A DNA stretch of 64,000 nt from Acidobacteriota bacterium. Lineage in GTDB: Bacteria; Acidobacteriota; UBA890; WLXD01. The position numbers were made by a program, and so were the translations under genes. This document shows, one piece after another, positions 9,277-18,729 of the stretch (position 1 is the first letter of the stretch; each line of letters starts with the position of its first letter). Location of the stretch: contig CAXWPL010000005.1 in assembly GCA_963666215.2 (NCBI GenBank), positions 832,001 to 896,000 of the forward strand, read 5' to 3'. The notes under the pieces are model-generated. The model ran no database searches. It worked only from the letters and a program-made list of their open reading frames with translations, and was not told where the DNA came from.

Positions 9277-11291
9277 ACGCTCAAGCAACCACACTGCTCG
9301 CACTCGAAGCCCTCCTCAAAGGCGCGGCGTTGATGACCATCGCGCTGCTCGTAACCGCGGCGCTGCGACGCGCCTCGGCGTCGATGCGCTACGGCGTGTG
9401 GACAGCGACTTTCGCCGGACTCCTGGCGTTGCCGGTTCTCGCCGCCTCGCTGCCGCCGCTGCACATTCCGATCATGCCGATGGGGCCCGTGGAGCAGCTC
9501 GCCTCGAGTGCGCCACCGGCGTCGAATCGTGACGCCGCGCTCGAGAGCTCGGCACGGCAGATCGACGGAAACGAAAACCATTTGGGCCAGCTCGCGAATG
9601 CGCCGATGACCGTCGGCGCTTCGAGCACGGCGGAACAACCGCCCACGTCGGCGAGCCGCATTGTGACGCTGGCGCTGTCGCTGTGGCTGGCTGGAGCCGT
9701 CGTGCTTCTGGCACGACTTGGCTGGGGCGCCCTATCGGCGCACCGCCTTGCAGCCGCGGCGCTGCCTCTCGACGACACTCGGTGGGCCGGCTCAGCCCAA
9801 CGGCTGGCCCGTCAGCTCGGCCTGAAGCGCCAGGTGCGCATCGCCCATACCGACAAGATCTCACTGCCAATGTCATGCGGGCTTCTGCGCCCCACCGTGC
9901 TGTTGCCCAGCCAGGCGCGCTCCTGGTCGCGCGAACGGCGCGACGTGGTGTTGCTGCACGAGTTATCACACCTGCAGCGGCGAGATTGCGAGGTCCAGCT
10001 ACTTGCCCGGGTAGCGAGCGCGTTGCACTGGTTCAACCCGCTCGTCTGGGTGGCCACGCGCCGTCACGAAGCGGAGCGTGAACACGCCTGCGACGACGCG
10101 GTGTTGCGTGCTGGAGCACGCCCGAGCGACTACGCTCAGCACCTCCTGGACGTCGCACGCGGCGCGGCTGCGGGCCGGCCTGCACTCACCGTTGCTACCG
10201 TTTCGATGGCGAGGCGATCGCAGCTCGAGGGACGCCTGCTCGCGGTTCTCGACCCAAAGCTCGACCGGCGATCTCTGACGGCGCCGACCTCCTCCGTGGC
10301 ACTCGTCGCCGCTCTTCTGCTCACGGTGCCGATCGCGGCGCTGCAACCCTGGAGCGCGGCGGCCGCAACCGAGACTGCGCTCGTGCAGATGCAGACCGAT
10401 ACCTCGCAGACCACCAAACCAGCCAGAACCCCTCGAACCAAGGCTCAGGCCGCGCCGAACGCAACAACCCACGCCAGGACCGCGCCCAAGAGCCAAGCTG
10501 ACGCCGGCGAAGTGGAACAAGCGGAACGAGCCGAGCGCAGTAGCCGTGTCGTCGCGGCCATGGTTCGGGTACTGGAGGAGGGCGATCCAGGGATGCGCCG
10601 ACAGGCGGTTCACGCTTTGGGTATGAGCGAGAGCCTCGCAGCGGTGCCGGCTCTGGCAGCAGCGCTGCAGCGCGACGCCGTTGCCGATGTGCGGAGTCAG
10701 GCTGCGTGGGCTCTCGGCATGATCGAGTCGGCCGAAGCGGTCGACTCGCTGTCGAGTGCGCTGAGCGACGAGGAAGCCACCGTCCGCAGCCAGGCTGCTT
10801 GGGCCCTCGGCATGATCGAGTCTCCTGACGGCGTCGATGCCCTAGCGAGGGCGATGAGCGACGCCGAAACCGACGTCCGCAGCCAGGCAGCGTGGGCTCT
10901 CGCCATGATTGAGTCTCCCGAGGGCGTCTCGGCACTGTCGAGCGCGTTGAGCGACGGTGAGACCACCGTCCGTAGCCAGGCGGCCTGGGCTCTCGGCATG
11001 ATCGAGTCTCCCGACGGCGTGGCGCCTCTGCTCGGCGTGCTCGGAGACGCCAACGTCACCGTGCGGGCGCAGGCGGTGTGGGCTCTCGGCATGATCGAGG
11101 ACAGCAGCGCCGTCGACGCGCTCGTCGGAATGCTACGCGGCGACGCCGAGTCCAAGGTCCGCAGCCAAGCGGCCTGGGCACTGGGCATGATCGAAGATGC
11201 CAGCGCCGCGGATGCCCTGATCGATGCCATCGAGGACGAGGACAAGGAGGTCCGCGAGCAAGCGCTGCGGGCTCTCGGGCGGGTGATGTAA
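9273..11291 (+). CDS. BlaR1-like M56 metallopeptidase with C-terminal HEAT repeats
   Basis: TM segments; LLHELSH, HWFNPLVW and EREHACDD motifs; then about 8 repeats of VRSQAAWALGMIES. Confidence 0.92.
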   Translation: MNAQATTLLALEALLKGAALMTIALLVTAALRRASASMRYGVWTATFAGLLALPVLAASLPPLHIPIMPMGPVEQLASSAPPASNRDAALESSARQIDGNENHLGQLANAPMTVGASSTAEQPPTSASRIVTLALSLWLAGAVVLLARLGWGALSAHRLAAAALPLDDTRWAGSAQRLARQLGLKRQVRIAHTDKISLPMSCGLLRPTVLLPSQARSWSRERRDVVLLHELSHLQRRDCEVQLLARVASALHWFNPLVWVATRRHEAEREHACDDAVLRAGARPSDYAQHLLDVARGAAAGRPALTVATVSMARRSQLEGRLLAVLDPKLDRRSLTAPTSSVALVAALLLTVPIAALQPWSAAAATETALVQMQTDTSQTTKPARTPRTKAQAAPNATTHARTAPKSQADAGEVEQAERAERSSRVVAAMVRVLEEGDPGMRRQAVHALGMSESLAAVPALAAALQRDAVADVRSQAAWALGMIESAEAVDSLSSALSDEEATVRSQAAWALGMIESPDGVDALARAMSDAETDVRSQAAWALAMIESPEGVSALSSALSDGETTVRSQAAWALGMIESPDGVAPLLGVLGDANVTVRAQAVWALGMIEDSSAVDALVGMLRGDAESKVRSQAAWALGMIEDASAADALIDAIEDEDKEVREQALRALGRVM

Positions 11292-11310
11292 GCCAACTAG
11301 CGGGACCGGG

Positions 11311-11340
11311 GACCCCGGCAAAGGCCGGGGTCTTCTTTTG
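11311..11340 (+). terminator. Intrinsic terminator
   Basis: GACCCCGGC-AAAG-GCCGGGGTC hairpin followed by TTCTTTT, just after the M56 stop. Confidence 0.8.
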
Positions 11341-11349
11341 GCCTTCCTA

Positions 11350-11365
11350 TGCTAATTTTCTACCA
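11350..11365. promoter_or_regulatory. Third BlaI-type operator, upstream of the HEAT gene
   Basis: TGCTAA-TTTT-CTACCA; same left half-site and spacing as 8802-8817. Confidence 0.55.
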
Positions 11366-11429
11366 CCTGGCGGTGGGCGATCACCTGCGCCAGCCGCACG
11401 ACCACACAACCAAGTTGCCGGAGACAATC

Positions 11430-12749
11430 ATGGAAGAACGTCGCAGTCGCCTTCTGGCCCTTTTCTCGTTCTCACTGCTGTTCGCTCTGTGTGCCATCGT
11501 CGCCGCATTGGCAACCGCTGCGCCAGGTGCCGCCAGTGGCTCGCGAAACGAGCCCGCCGCGCCACAGGACCCACAGGCGGAACCGTTCGACCACCTCATC
11601 AGAGCTCTCTCCTCTCCCGACGCCACGGAGCGCGCGATCGCCGCCTGCGAAATCGGCCGTGGCAATCAAGAGCTCGCTCGGCGAGCTCTCGACTCGCTAC
11701 TGGCGATGCTCGGCGACGATGCTCCGGTCGGAGGGCGGCTGTGCCGTGAATCGGGATCGGGACACTGGTGGGGCGATAGACCAAGGGAGGACAGCTCTCC
11801 CGGTCGCGAAGCGGCGATCGCGATCGAGGAGGCCGGCAGCGTTGCGCTCGGGCCCCTCGGGGGTGTGCTGCGCACTGGCGCGCCCGCCGCTCGACGACAT
11901 GCGGCGTTCGCTCTCGGCCTGATCGAGAGCCCACAATCCATCGACCCTCTGACGACAGCGCTGCAGAGCGACGAAGCCGCGCCGGTCCGCGCACGTGCTG
12001 CGTGGGCAATCGGCATGATTGAAAGCTCGCGAGGCGTCGACCCCCTCTCCGCGGCGCTCTCCGATCCATCTGCCGAAGTCCGCGAGCAGGCCGCCTGGGG
12101 GCTCGGCATGATCGAGTCGGCTGACGGCGTCGAAGCACTGACGCGAGCGCTGCGAGACTCCACGACAGGGGTCAGAGAACAAGCTGCGTGGGCGCTGGGG
12201 ATGATCGAGTCGGCAGCGGGTGTCGCCGCCCTCAGCACCGCCATCGGAGACGATTCCGCAGAAGTCCGTGCACAAGCCGCCTGGGGGCTCGGCATGATCG
12301 AGTCGGCCGACGGCGTTGAAGGGCTGACGCGAGCGGTGCGGGACCCCTCGGCAGAGGTCAGAGCACAAGCTGCATGGGCGCTGGGGATGATCGAATCGGC
12401 AGCCGGTGTCCCCGACCTCAGCACCGCCATCGGAGACGATTCCACAAAGGTCAGAGCACAAGCGGCCTGGGCTCTCAGCATGATCGAGAGCCGCGATGGC
12501 ACCGCACTGCTCGTCGGTGCTCTGCGCGATCGCGAGGCGGAGGTGAGGCGCCAGGCAGCATGGGGTCTCGGGATGGTGGAGGATGCCGCCGCCGCCGACT
12601 CGCTGGTCGAGGCGCTCGACGACGAGGACGCCGAAGTCCGCCGGCAGGCGCTCTGGGCACTATCGCGGGTGATCGACGACCTGGACGACCTGAGCGTCAG
12701 CCCGTCGGAGCTCGCCGACCGTCTACGACGGGCTCGTCGACGCCAGTAG
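11430..12749 (+). CDS. Exported HEAT-repeat protein
   Basis: ATG 11430 with GGAG RBS (in ORF 11349-12749); signal/TM N-terminus; about 9 repeats of VRxQAAWxLGMIES. Confidence 0.85.
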   Translation: MEERRSRLLALFSFSLLFALCAIVAALATAAPGAASGSRNEPAAPQDPQAEPFDHLIRALSSPDATERAIAACEIGRGNQELARRALDSLLAMLGDDAPVGGRLCRESGSGHWWGDRPREDSSPGREAAIAIEEAGSVALGPLGGVLRTGAPAARRHAAFALGLIESPQSIDPLTTALQSDEAAPVRARAAWAIGMIESSRGVDPLSAALSDPSAEVREQAAWGLGMIESADGVEALTRALRDSTTGVREQAAWALGMIESAAGVAALSTAIGDDSAEVRAQAAWGLGMIESADGVEGLTRAVRDPSAEVRAQAAWALGMIESAAGVPDLSTAIGDDSTKVRAQAAWALSMIESRDGTALLVGALRDREAEVRRQAAWGLGMVEDAAAADSLVEALDDEDAEVRRQALWALSRVIDDLDDLSVSPSELADRLRRARRRQ

Positions 12750-12848
12750 TCGATCGTAGCGTCGGCACCAGGCGGAGTGCCAGGGGACCTCGGCCGGCCG
12801 TCGCTGTACCATCTCGGGACCATTCGCCCTTCCAACATGGAGCCGCGC

Positions 12849-13739
12849 ATGAAGCCCGTCTGCCGCCACATCGCCGTCCTCGCAACTGCCGCCCTGCTGT
12901 TTTCGTCTACGCCGGCCCACGGCCAGTCGGTCGGGCCGAGCAACGGCTGGCTCGTGATTGTCGGCGGCGCCATGCGTGATCCAGCGATTCTCGATCGTTT
13001 CTTGACGCTTGCGGGAGGTGTCGAGGGCCCTGTGGTCGTCATCCCCACGGCCGGGGGCGCCGAGACGTACGACGAAAGCTGGCCGGGACTGAACATGTTT
13101 CGCGACGCGGGTGCGACCGACGTCACACTGCTGCACACCTACGACCGCGCCGTCGCCAACACGAAGGAGTTCGCCGAGCCTCTCACGCGCGCCCGCGCCG
13201 TCTGGTTCGGCGGCGGACGTCAGTGGAGACTCGTTGACTCCTACGCCGGGACGGAGGTCGAGAAAGAGGTGAGCAACGTGCTGCGCCGAGGCGGCGTGGT
13301 TGGCGGCTCGTCGGCCGGGGCCACCATCCAGGGGTCGTACCTGGCGCGCGGCGACACGGCCACGAACACCGTGATGATGGAAGACCACGAGGAGGGCTTC
13401 GGCTACCTCAGAAACGTCGCCATCGATCAGCACCTCCTGGCGCGGAACCGGCACTTCGACATGTTGGAAATTATCCAGGCGCGCCCGGATCTGCTTGGCA
13501 TCGGGCTCGATGAGAACGCCGCAATCGTCGTTCGCGGCGACGAATTCGAGGTCATCGGCCAGAGCTACGTCGCCATTTTCGACCGCAAGCGGCAGATCGA
13601 TACCGGCGGGCTCTTCTACTTCTTGTCGCCCGGCGATCGCTACAACCTGCAGACTCGAGAGCCCTTCCGCCCGCGCATGGCTCTCGAGCCCCTCGAGCGC
13701 GTGGTCCGGCGCGATTGGCCGGAGGGCGAGCAGCCGTAG
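12849..13739 (+). CDS. Secreted cyanophycinase-like peptidase (S51 family)
   Basis: Signal peptide; LVIVGG, VIPTA, WFGGGRQWRL, GGSSAGA nucleophile, IDQH, GIGLDE. Confidence 0.88.
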   Translation: MKPVCRHIAVLATAALLFSSTPAHGQSVGPSNGWLVIVGGAMRDPAILDRFLTLAGGVEGPVVVIPTAGGAETYDESWPGLNMFRDAGATDVTLLHTYDRAVANTKEFAEPLTRARAVWFGGGRQWRLVDSYAGTEVEKEVSNVLRRGGVVGGSSAGATIQGSYLARGDTATNTVMMEDHEEGFGYLRNVAIDQHLLARNRHFDMLEIIQARPDLLGIGLDENAAIVVRGDEFEVIGQSYVAIFDRKRQIDTGGLFYFLSPGDRYNLQTREPFRPRMALEPLERVVRRDWPEGEQP

Positions 13740-13755
13740 GGGGTGTTGAAGTCGT

Positions 13756-13872
13756 CTACCCCGGCGGATTGCTCGTGTCGATCGTTACCAACTCGAGCAG
13801 CATGGCGATCGCTTGGTCGCGGCGCGCCTCGATCGCCTCGCCGAGCGCAACATCGTTTTCGCTGGCACGCAT
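13756..13872 (-). pseudogene. N-terminal remnant of an M20 (ArgE/DapE-like) peptidase
   Basis: Manual translation MRASENDVALGEAIEARRDQAIAMLLELVTIDTSNPPG*. LxELVxIxTxNPPG is the M20 N-terminal signature. Nothing M20-like follows. Confidence 0.55.
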
Positions 13873-13895
13873 GCCCACAATGTACCCTCTGGCTC

Positions 13896-15656
13896 ATGGA
13901 TAAACGGCAGGGCGCGCGGAGGGGCTCAGGCGCCACGAAGATGATCGTGGCCAGCCTGATGATGATGACCACAATCGCATCCTGCGCCGAGACGCCGCTG
14001 CCTTTGCCGGACACCGAAAGCGGCTCTCCGCCACCCATGGCGGTCGTCAACGCGAGGATCTGGACCGGTGACACCAGCCTGCCACGCGCCGAGGCGCTGG
14101 CTACGCGGTCCGGCCGCGTCACGGCCATCGGCTCCAATACCGAGATCGAGAGCCTGATCGCCGCGGCAGCCAACTCGGAGGACGCGTACGAAGTGGTCGA
14201 TGCCGGCGGCGCGATGCTCGTCCCGGGCTTTATCGACAGCCACACGCACTTCATCTTCGGCGGCTTCAACCTGTCGTCGGTGCAGCTGCGTGATGCCGCG
14301 TCGCCGCAGGAATTCGCGCGGCGCATCGCCGCCTTCGCTCAAACGATGGCACCCGACACTTGGATCCTCGGCGGCGACTGGGACCACGAGCTCTGGGGTG
14401 GTGCGCTTCCGCATCGCGACTGGATCGACGTGCTGACGCCCGATACGCCGGTCTGGGTGAGCCGCCTCGACGGGCATATGGGCGTCGCCAACAGTGCCGC
14501 GCTCGCCGCGGCAGGGATTGACCGCAACACCCCCGATGTCGATGGCGGCACCATCGTGCGCCATTACGACGGCGAGCCCACCGGGGTGTTGAAGGACAAC
14601 GCCATGGCCCTCATCGAGGCCGCGATACCCAGCCCTCCGCCCGAGTTGACTGATCGTGCAGTCGGCGCGGCGATGCGGCACGCCGTTGAGCGCGGCGTCA
14701 CCAGCGTGCACGACATGGGAACGTGGTCCGATCTCGAGGCCTTCCGGCGCTACGCGAGGAACAACCCCGAGCCGGACACTCGCATCCATTCATGCGTGCC
14801 TCTGCCCACCTGGGAGCGTCTGCGCGACGAGATCGCGGCCAACGGAAGCGGCGACGAGTGGGTTCGGATCGGCTGTCTGAAGGCGATGGTCGACGGTTCG
14901 CTCGGTTCGCACACTGCGGCCTTCTTCGAGCCCTTCACGGACGCCCCCGAGAACACCGGCTTGCTCGTCAATAGCCCCGCGGATCTTCTCGAGTGGACCG
15001 CCGCGGCCGACGCGGTCGGCTTGCAGGTGAACGTCCATGCCATCGGTGACCGCGCGATCGACACCCAGCTGTCGATCTTCGAACGCGTGGCGCTCGACAA
15101 CGGCGAGCGTGATCGTCGCTTCAGAATCGAGCACGCGCAGCACCCGCGCGCCGACGACATCGCACGCTTCGCGCGCCTGTCGGTGATCCCGAGCATGCAG
15201 CCGTACCACGCCATCGACGACGGCCGCTGGGCGGAGCGCGTGATCGGTCGCGAGCGCGTCCGCACGTCGTACGCGTTTCGCACAATGCTCGATGTCGGCG
15301 CCCGGCTCGTTTTCGGTAGCGACTGGTCGGTGGCGCCGCTCGACCCGATCCAGGGCATCTACGCCGCCACGACTCGGCGCACGATCGACGGTGCCAACCC
15401 CGACGGCTGGGTGCCGGAACAGCGCATCGGTGTCGAGGAAGCTTTGCGTGCGTACACGATCGACGCCGCCTACGCCGCGTTCGAGGAGGGTACGAAGGGC
15501 TCTCTGGAAACCGGCAAGGTCGCCGACTTCGTGATCCTCGATCGCGACCTGACCGTCGTCGAGCCGACGGAGTTCGGAGACGTACGCGTGCTGGCGACGA
15601 TTGTCGGGGGCAAGATCAGGTTCGCCGACGCCGATTGGACCTCCCGTCGGCGCTAG
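13896..15656 (+). CDS. Amidohydrolase family 3 (YtcJ-like), probable lipoprotein
   Basis: IASC lipobox; PGFIDSHTH, DGSLGSHTA, HAIGD, RIEHAQ, FGSDW, GSLETGKVADFVILD. Start uncertain. Confidence 0.9.
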   Translation: MDKRQGARRGSGATKMIVASLMMMTTIASCAETPLPLPDTESGSPPPMAVVNARIWTGDTSLPRAEALATRSGRVTAIGSNTEIESLIAAAANSEDAYEVVDAGGAMLVPGFIDSHTHFIFGGFNLSSVQLRDAASPQEFARRIAAFAQTMAPDTWILGGDWDHELWGGALPHRDWIDVLTPDTPVWVSRLDGHMGVANSAALAAAGIDRNTPDVDGGTIVRHYDGEPTGVLKDNAMALIEAAIPSPPPELTDRAVGAAMRHAVERGVTSVHDMGTWSDLEAFRRYARNNPEPDTRIHSCVPLPTWERLRDEIAANGSGDEWVRIGCLKAMVDGSLGSHTAAFFEPFTDAPENTGLLVNSPADLLEWTAAADAVGLQVNVHAIGDRAIDTQLSIFERVALDNGERDRRFRIEHAQHPRADDIARFARLSVIPSMQPYHAIDDGRWAERVIGRERVRTSYAFRTMLDVGARLVFGSDWSVAPLDPIQGIYAATTRRTIDGANPDGWVPEQRIGVEEALRAYTIDAAYAAFEEGTKGSLETGKVADFVILDRDLTVVEPTEFGDVRVLATIVGGKIRFADADWTSRRR

Positions 15657-15664
15657 CAGCCCCG

Positions 15665-16633
15665 TCAGGCTGCGCTGTCTCGTCCGCGCGGACGCCGCAG
15701 GATCACGAAATTCGACGCCAGGATCAACAGACCACCGAGCCCGACCCGGCCGGTAAGCGACTGTCCCAACAGAAGCGCCGCCAACAACGCCGCGCTGATC
15801 GGCTCGAACAGCAGCAGAACACCCGCGACCATCGCCTCGACGCGCCGCATGCCCCACATCGTGATGACTGCCGGCCCTATGCCCGCTACCAGCACGAAAG
15901 CGCCGACGGCCGGAGCGTTGCTGAGGTACATGCCGAAATCGAGTCGGGTCAGGATCGGCTCCGACGTTAACAGCTTCGCCGCCGGAAGCGCCAACAGCAA
16001 CCACAACGAGGAGAACGCGCAGTAGCCGCAGGCGGTGGTTATGGCGGGCAGCCCGCGCAGTCGTGCTCGGCGGCCAAGGACAACCCAGCACGACAGCAGA
16101 AACCCGCCGAAGAGAGCCGCGACCAAGCCAATCGCGGCGGCGCGATCCCCGAGGTCGGCGCCGAAGCCAAGACCCCCTGGCTGGATCAGCACTGCCACGC
16201 CCGCCAGCGCGAGCGCGATAGCCACCAGCTTGCGGCGGCTCACCTTCTCTCGCAGTAGAGCTCTTCCCAGGATCACGGTCCAGATCGGCTGCGAGTACAG
16301 CAGCAGCGCTACCGTCGCCACCGGCACACCAAGCACGATCCCCAGGAATTGACTGAGCTGCAACGCCGCACCGACTAGCCCGAAGAGCGCCAAGGACGCG
16401 AAATCGGAGCGGCGAGGCCGCAGCCTTCGGAAACCGAGCACGACCGGCGCCAGAACAATCGCGACGCCCATCACGATCATCAGCGAGATCTCGTAGAGCG
16501 ACAGCCCGCGAGCGCGGAAGAAAGCGCCGCCGACGGTAATCATGCCGTACAACGATGCGCCAACCACAACCGCTAGCAGATCGATGCCACGGGTCGCCAC
16601 CGACGTCGCCGCCGGGGCCGCGGCCGGGCTCAA
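15665..16633 (-). CDS. EamA/DMT-family transporter
   Basis: About 10 TM helices in two repeats; LLYSQPIW...LLREK and LFEPISA motifs. Confidence 0.85.
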   Translation of the reverse strand: MSPAAAPAATSVATRGIDLLAVVVGASLYGMITVGGAFFRARGLSLYEISLMIVMGVAIVLAPVVLGFRRLRPRRSDFASLALFGLVGAALQLSQFLGIVLGVPVATVALLLYSQPIWTVILGRALLREKVSRRKLVAIALALAGVAVLIQPGGLGFGADLGDRAAAIGLVAALFGGFLLSCWVVLGRRARLRGLPAITTACGYCAFSSLWLLLALPAAKLLTSEPILTRLDFGMYLSNAPAVGAFVLVAGIGPAVITMWGMRRVEAMVAGVLLLFEPISAALLAALLLGQSLTGRVGLGGLLILASNFVILRRPRGRDSAA

Positions 16634-16708
16634 CCGATCGCCGCGGAGATCTTGCGGGAGAAGCTCTTGCGGCAGGACTCTTTCAGGAGAAATCTCTCAG
16701 GAAGGTCT

Positions 16709-17752
16709 TCAGGAAGGCCGCAGCCACTCGGACAGCTGCGCGAGGTCGGCATTGCCGCCGCTGATGATGACCCCCACCCTGGCTCCGGCGGGAGGCTGCA
16801 CCGCACCTTGGAGCAGCGCGGCCAAACCGAGAACGCCGGTCGGCTCAACAACAAGCTTGAGCCGCTCCATCGCGAAGCGCAGCGTCTCGACCAGCGCGTC
16901 GTCGCTGACGGTGGCCATTTCATCGACACGCTCGAGCACCAACGGGAAGGTGATCTCACCGAGTGACGGCGTCCGGGCCCCATCGGCGATGGTGTCGGGG
17001 TTGTCGACATACTGCAGCGTGCGAGTGTGGAAGGAGCGCGTAGCGTCGTCGCCCGCGTCCGGCTCTATACCGACAACGCGGCAGCGGGGAATCAACCCCT
17101 TGACCGCGGTCGCGGTGCCCGAGAGCAACCCACCACCACCGCAGGGCGTGAGAACGTAGTCGAGAAGATCGTTGTTTCCGTCTTCCCGCTCCCCTTCCGA
17201 CGCCCCGGCAAGCTGCTCGACGAGCTCGAGACCGGCGGTGCCCTGACCTGCGATCACGTCGCGGTGATCGAAGGGCGGGATCAAGGTGAGCCCGCGCTCG
17301 AGTGCAAGGCGGTGGCCGATCGCCTCCCGAGTCTCGGAATCGGGATCGAACCGGTCGTAGGTCACCACCTCGGCGCCATAACCTCGCGTCGCGGCGAGCT
17401 TCACCGCGGGAGAGTCGACTGGCATCACGATTGTGACGGGGACATGCAGAAGACTCCCCGCCAGCGCCAGCGCCTGGGCGTGATTGCCCGATGAGTAGGC
17501 CACCGCTCCGCGCGCGCGTGCACGCTGGTCGAGAAGCGCCAGGGCGTTGTAGGCGCCGCGGAACTTGAAGGCTCCGGCTCGCTGCAGGTTCTCGCACTTG
17601 AGAAAGACCTTGCAGCCAAGCCGCTCATCAAGAGTGCGAGAGGTCATGACGGGCGTGCGAAGCGCGACGCCGCGCAGCCGCTGCGCGGCAGCGACGACGT
17701 CACGGTGGCCCACCGGACCTGCCCATTCCACCATCTCTGGCTGCTCTACCAT
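16709..17752 (-). CDS. PLP-dependent serine/threonine (hydroxyaspartate-type) ammonia-lyase
   Basis: KCENLQRAGAFKFRGA, SSGNHAQ, PCGGGGLLSG, VVEPTG, ISGGN. Confidence 0.9.
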   Translation of the reverse strand: MVEQPEMVEWAGPVGHRDVVAAAQRLRGVALRTPVMTSRTLDERLGCKVFLKCENLQRAGAFKFRGAYNALALLDQRARARGAVAYSSGNHAQALALAGSLLHVPVTIVMPVDSPAVKLAATRGYGAEVVTYDRFDPDSETREAIGHRLALERGLTLIPPFDHRDVIAGQGTAGLELVEQLAGASEGEREDGNNDLLDYVLTPCGGGGLLSGTATAVKGLIPRCRVVGIEPDAGDDATRSFHTRTLQYVDNPDTIADGARTPSLGEITFPLVLERVDEMATVSDDALVETLRFAMERLKLVVEPTGVLGLAALLQGAVQPPAGARVGVIISGGNADLAQLSEWLRPS

Positions 17753-18534
17753 TCAGGAGGCACGAACTCGCACGCGTCGACCGCCTTGAACTTGCCGCCG
17801 TCCTGCTCGACGAGCTCGAATTCCACGATCGTGTGACGCCGTTTGAGCGCGGCGAAATCCTCGTTGCTGAGCGCGCGGCCGTCCAGGTCAACGAAGTCGT
17901 TGATGTGCATGAAAACGTCGCCGCGCCGAGCATCAACCTCGAGTCCAGTTTGCACGGTAAGAAAACCGAAGCCCTTTTCCTCGACTACGTGATGCATGGT
18001 TCCGCGCATACGGTTCGGCTCTTCCCTCGAGTCGGGCAGGATTCCCGGATAGAGGAACCCGGAGTAGTGATGATCCACCTCCCGGCGAAGCCTGGCGCTT
18101 GTGTTGGAGAAAGACAGTAGGTCCACGCGCTTGCCCTTGGACTGCAGCGCGTGGACGAGCCTGACGAAGTTTCCGTCGCCGCTGCCGATGACAACGCAGT
18201 CGAGCTTCTCCGATTGCAGCAGCGCGTCCACGGCGAGCTCCAGGTCGACATCGGCCCGCGAGTACACCTCGCCGTCCTCAGAGTGGTAACGCTGCACCTC
18301 TTTGAGGACCAGATGAAAGCCTTCGCGACGCACCGCGTCGCGGTACTCCGACTTCTTGAGGCGGTACTCCGGATCCTGCTCCTCGCGCTGACGATCTACC
18401 GCCATGTAGGCGTTAGCCCGCAGCACGGTGCATCCCTGAGCCTCTACGAGCTCCTTGACGGCCTTGAAGCGGATGCCCCAGCCACCGCAACGAACGAGAT
18501 TCTCGACATCCACAAAGATCGCGGCTCGGAGCAT
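17746..18534 (-). CDS. NYN (LabA/DUF88) domain protein with C-terminal cold-shock-like OB domain
   Basis: AIFVDVEN, ADVDLELAVD, SGDGNF; then EKGFGFL and DVFMHIND (RNP1/RNP2-like). ATG 18534 with AGGAG RBS. Confidence 0.85.
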   Translation of the reverse strand: MLRAAIFVDVENLVRCGGWGIRFKAVKELVEAQGCTVLRANAYMAVDRQREEQDPEYRLKKSEYRDAVRREGFHLVLKEVQRYHSEDGEVYSRADVDLELAVDALLQSEKLDCVVIGSGDGNFVRLVHALQSKGKRVDLLSFSNTSARLRREVDHHYSGFLYPGILPDSREEPNRMRGTMHHVVEEKGFGFLTVQTGLEVDARRGDVFMHINDFVDLDGRALSNEDFAALKRRHTIVEFELVEQDGGKFKAVDACEFVPPEW

Positions 18535-18729
18535 GAGAAGACTCCTGATCGATACGCTACGACAGCTCAAAAAATCAAAGATGACAGCGAAAGCTTAGCG
18601 TACGGAGTCCTCGGTACTCGACGACACTCATTGTGTCTTCGTTGCCCTAGGTGTGTTTTCTGAGAAGATTCTTCACGTCAGGGCTCACTTCGGGGAGCGA
18701 TCGGCTCGACCTGCGCGCGCAGGGCCCGT

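Noticed and set aside
10590-12670. Regular ~93-bp DNA repeats resembling an array
   Set aside because: They are in-frame HEAT coding repeats with synonymous variation; no spacers or cas genes, so not CRISPR.
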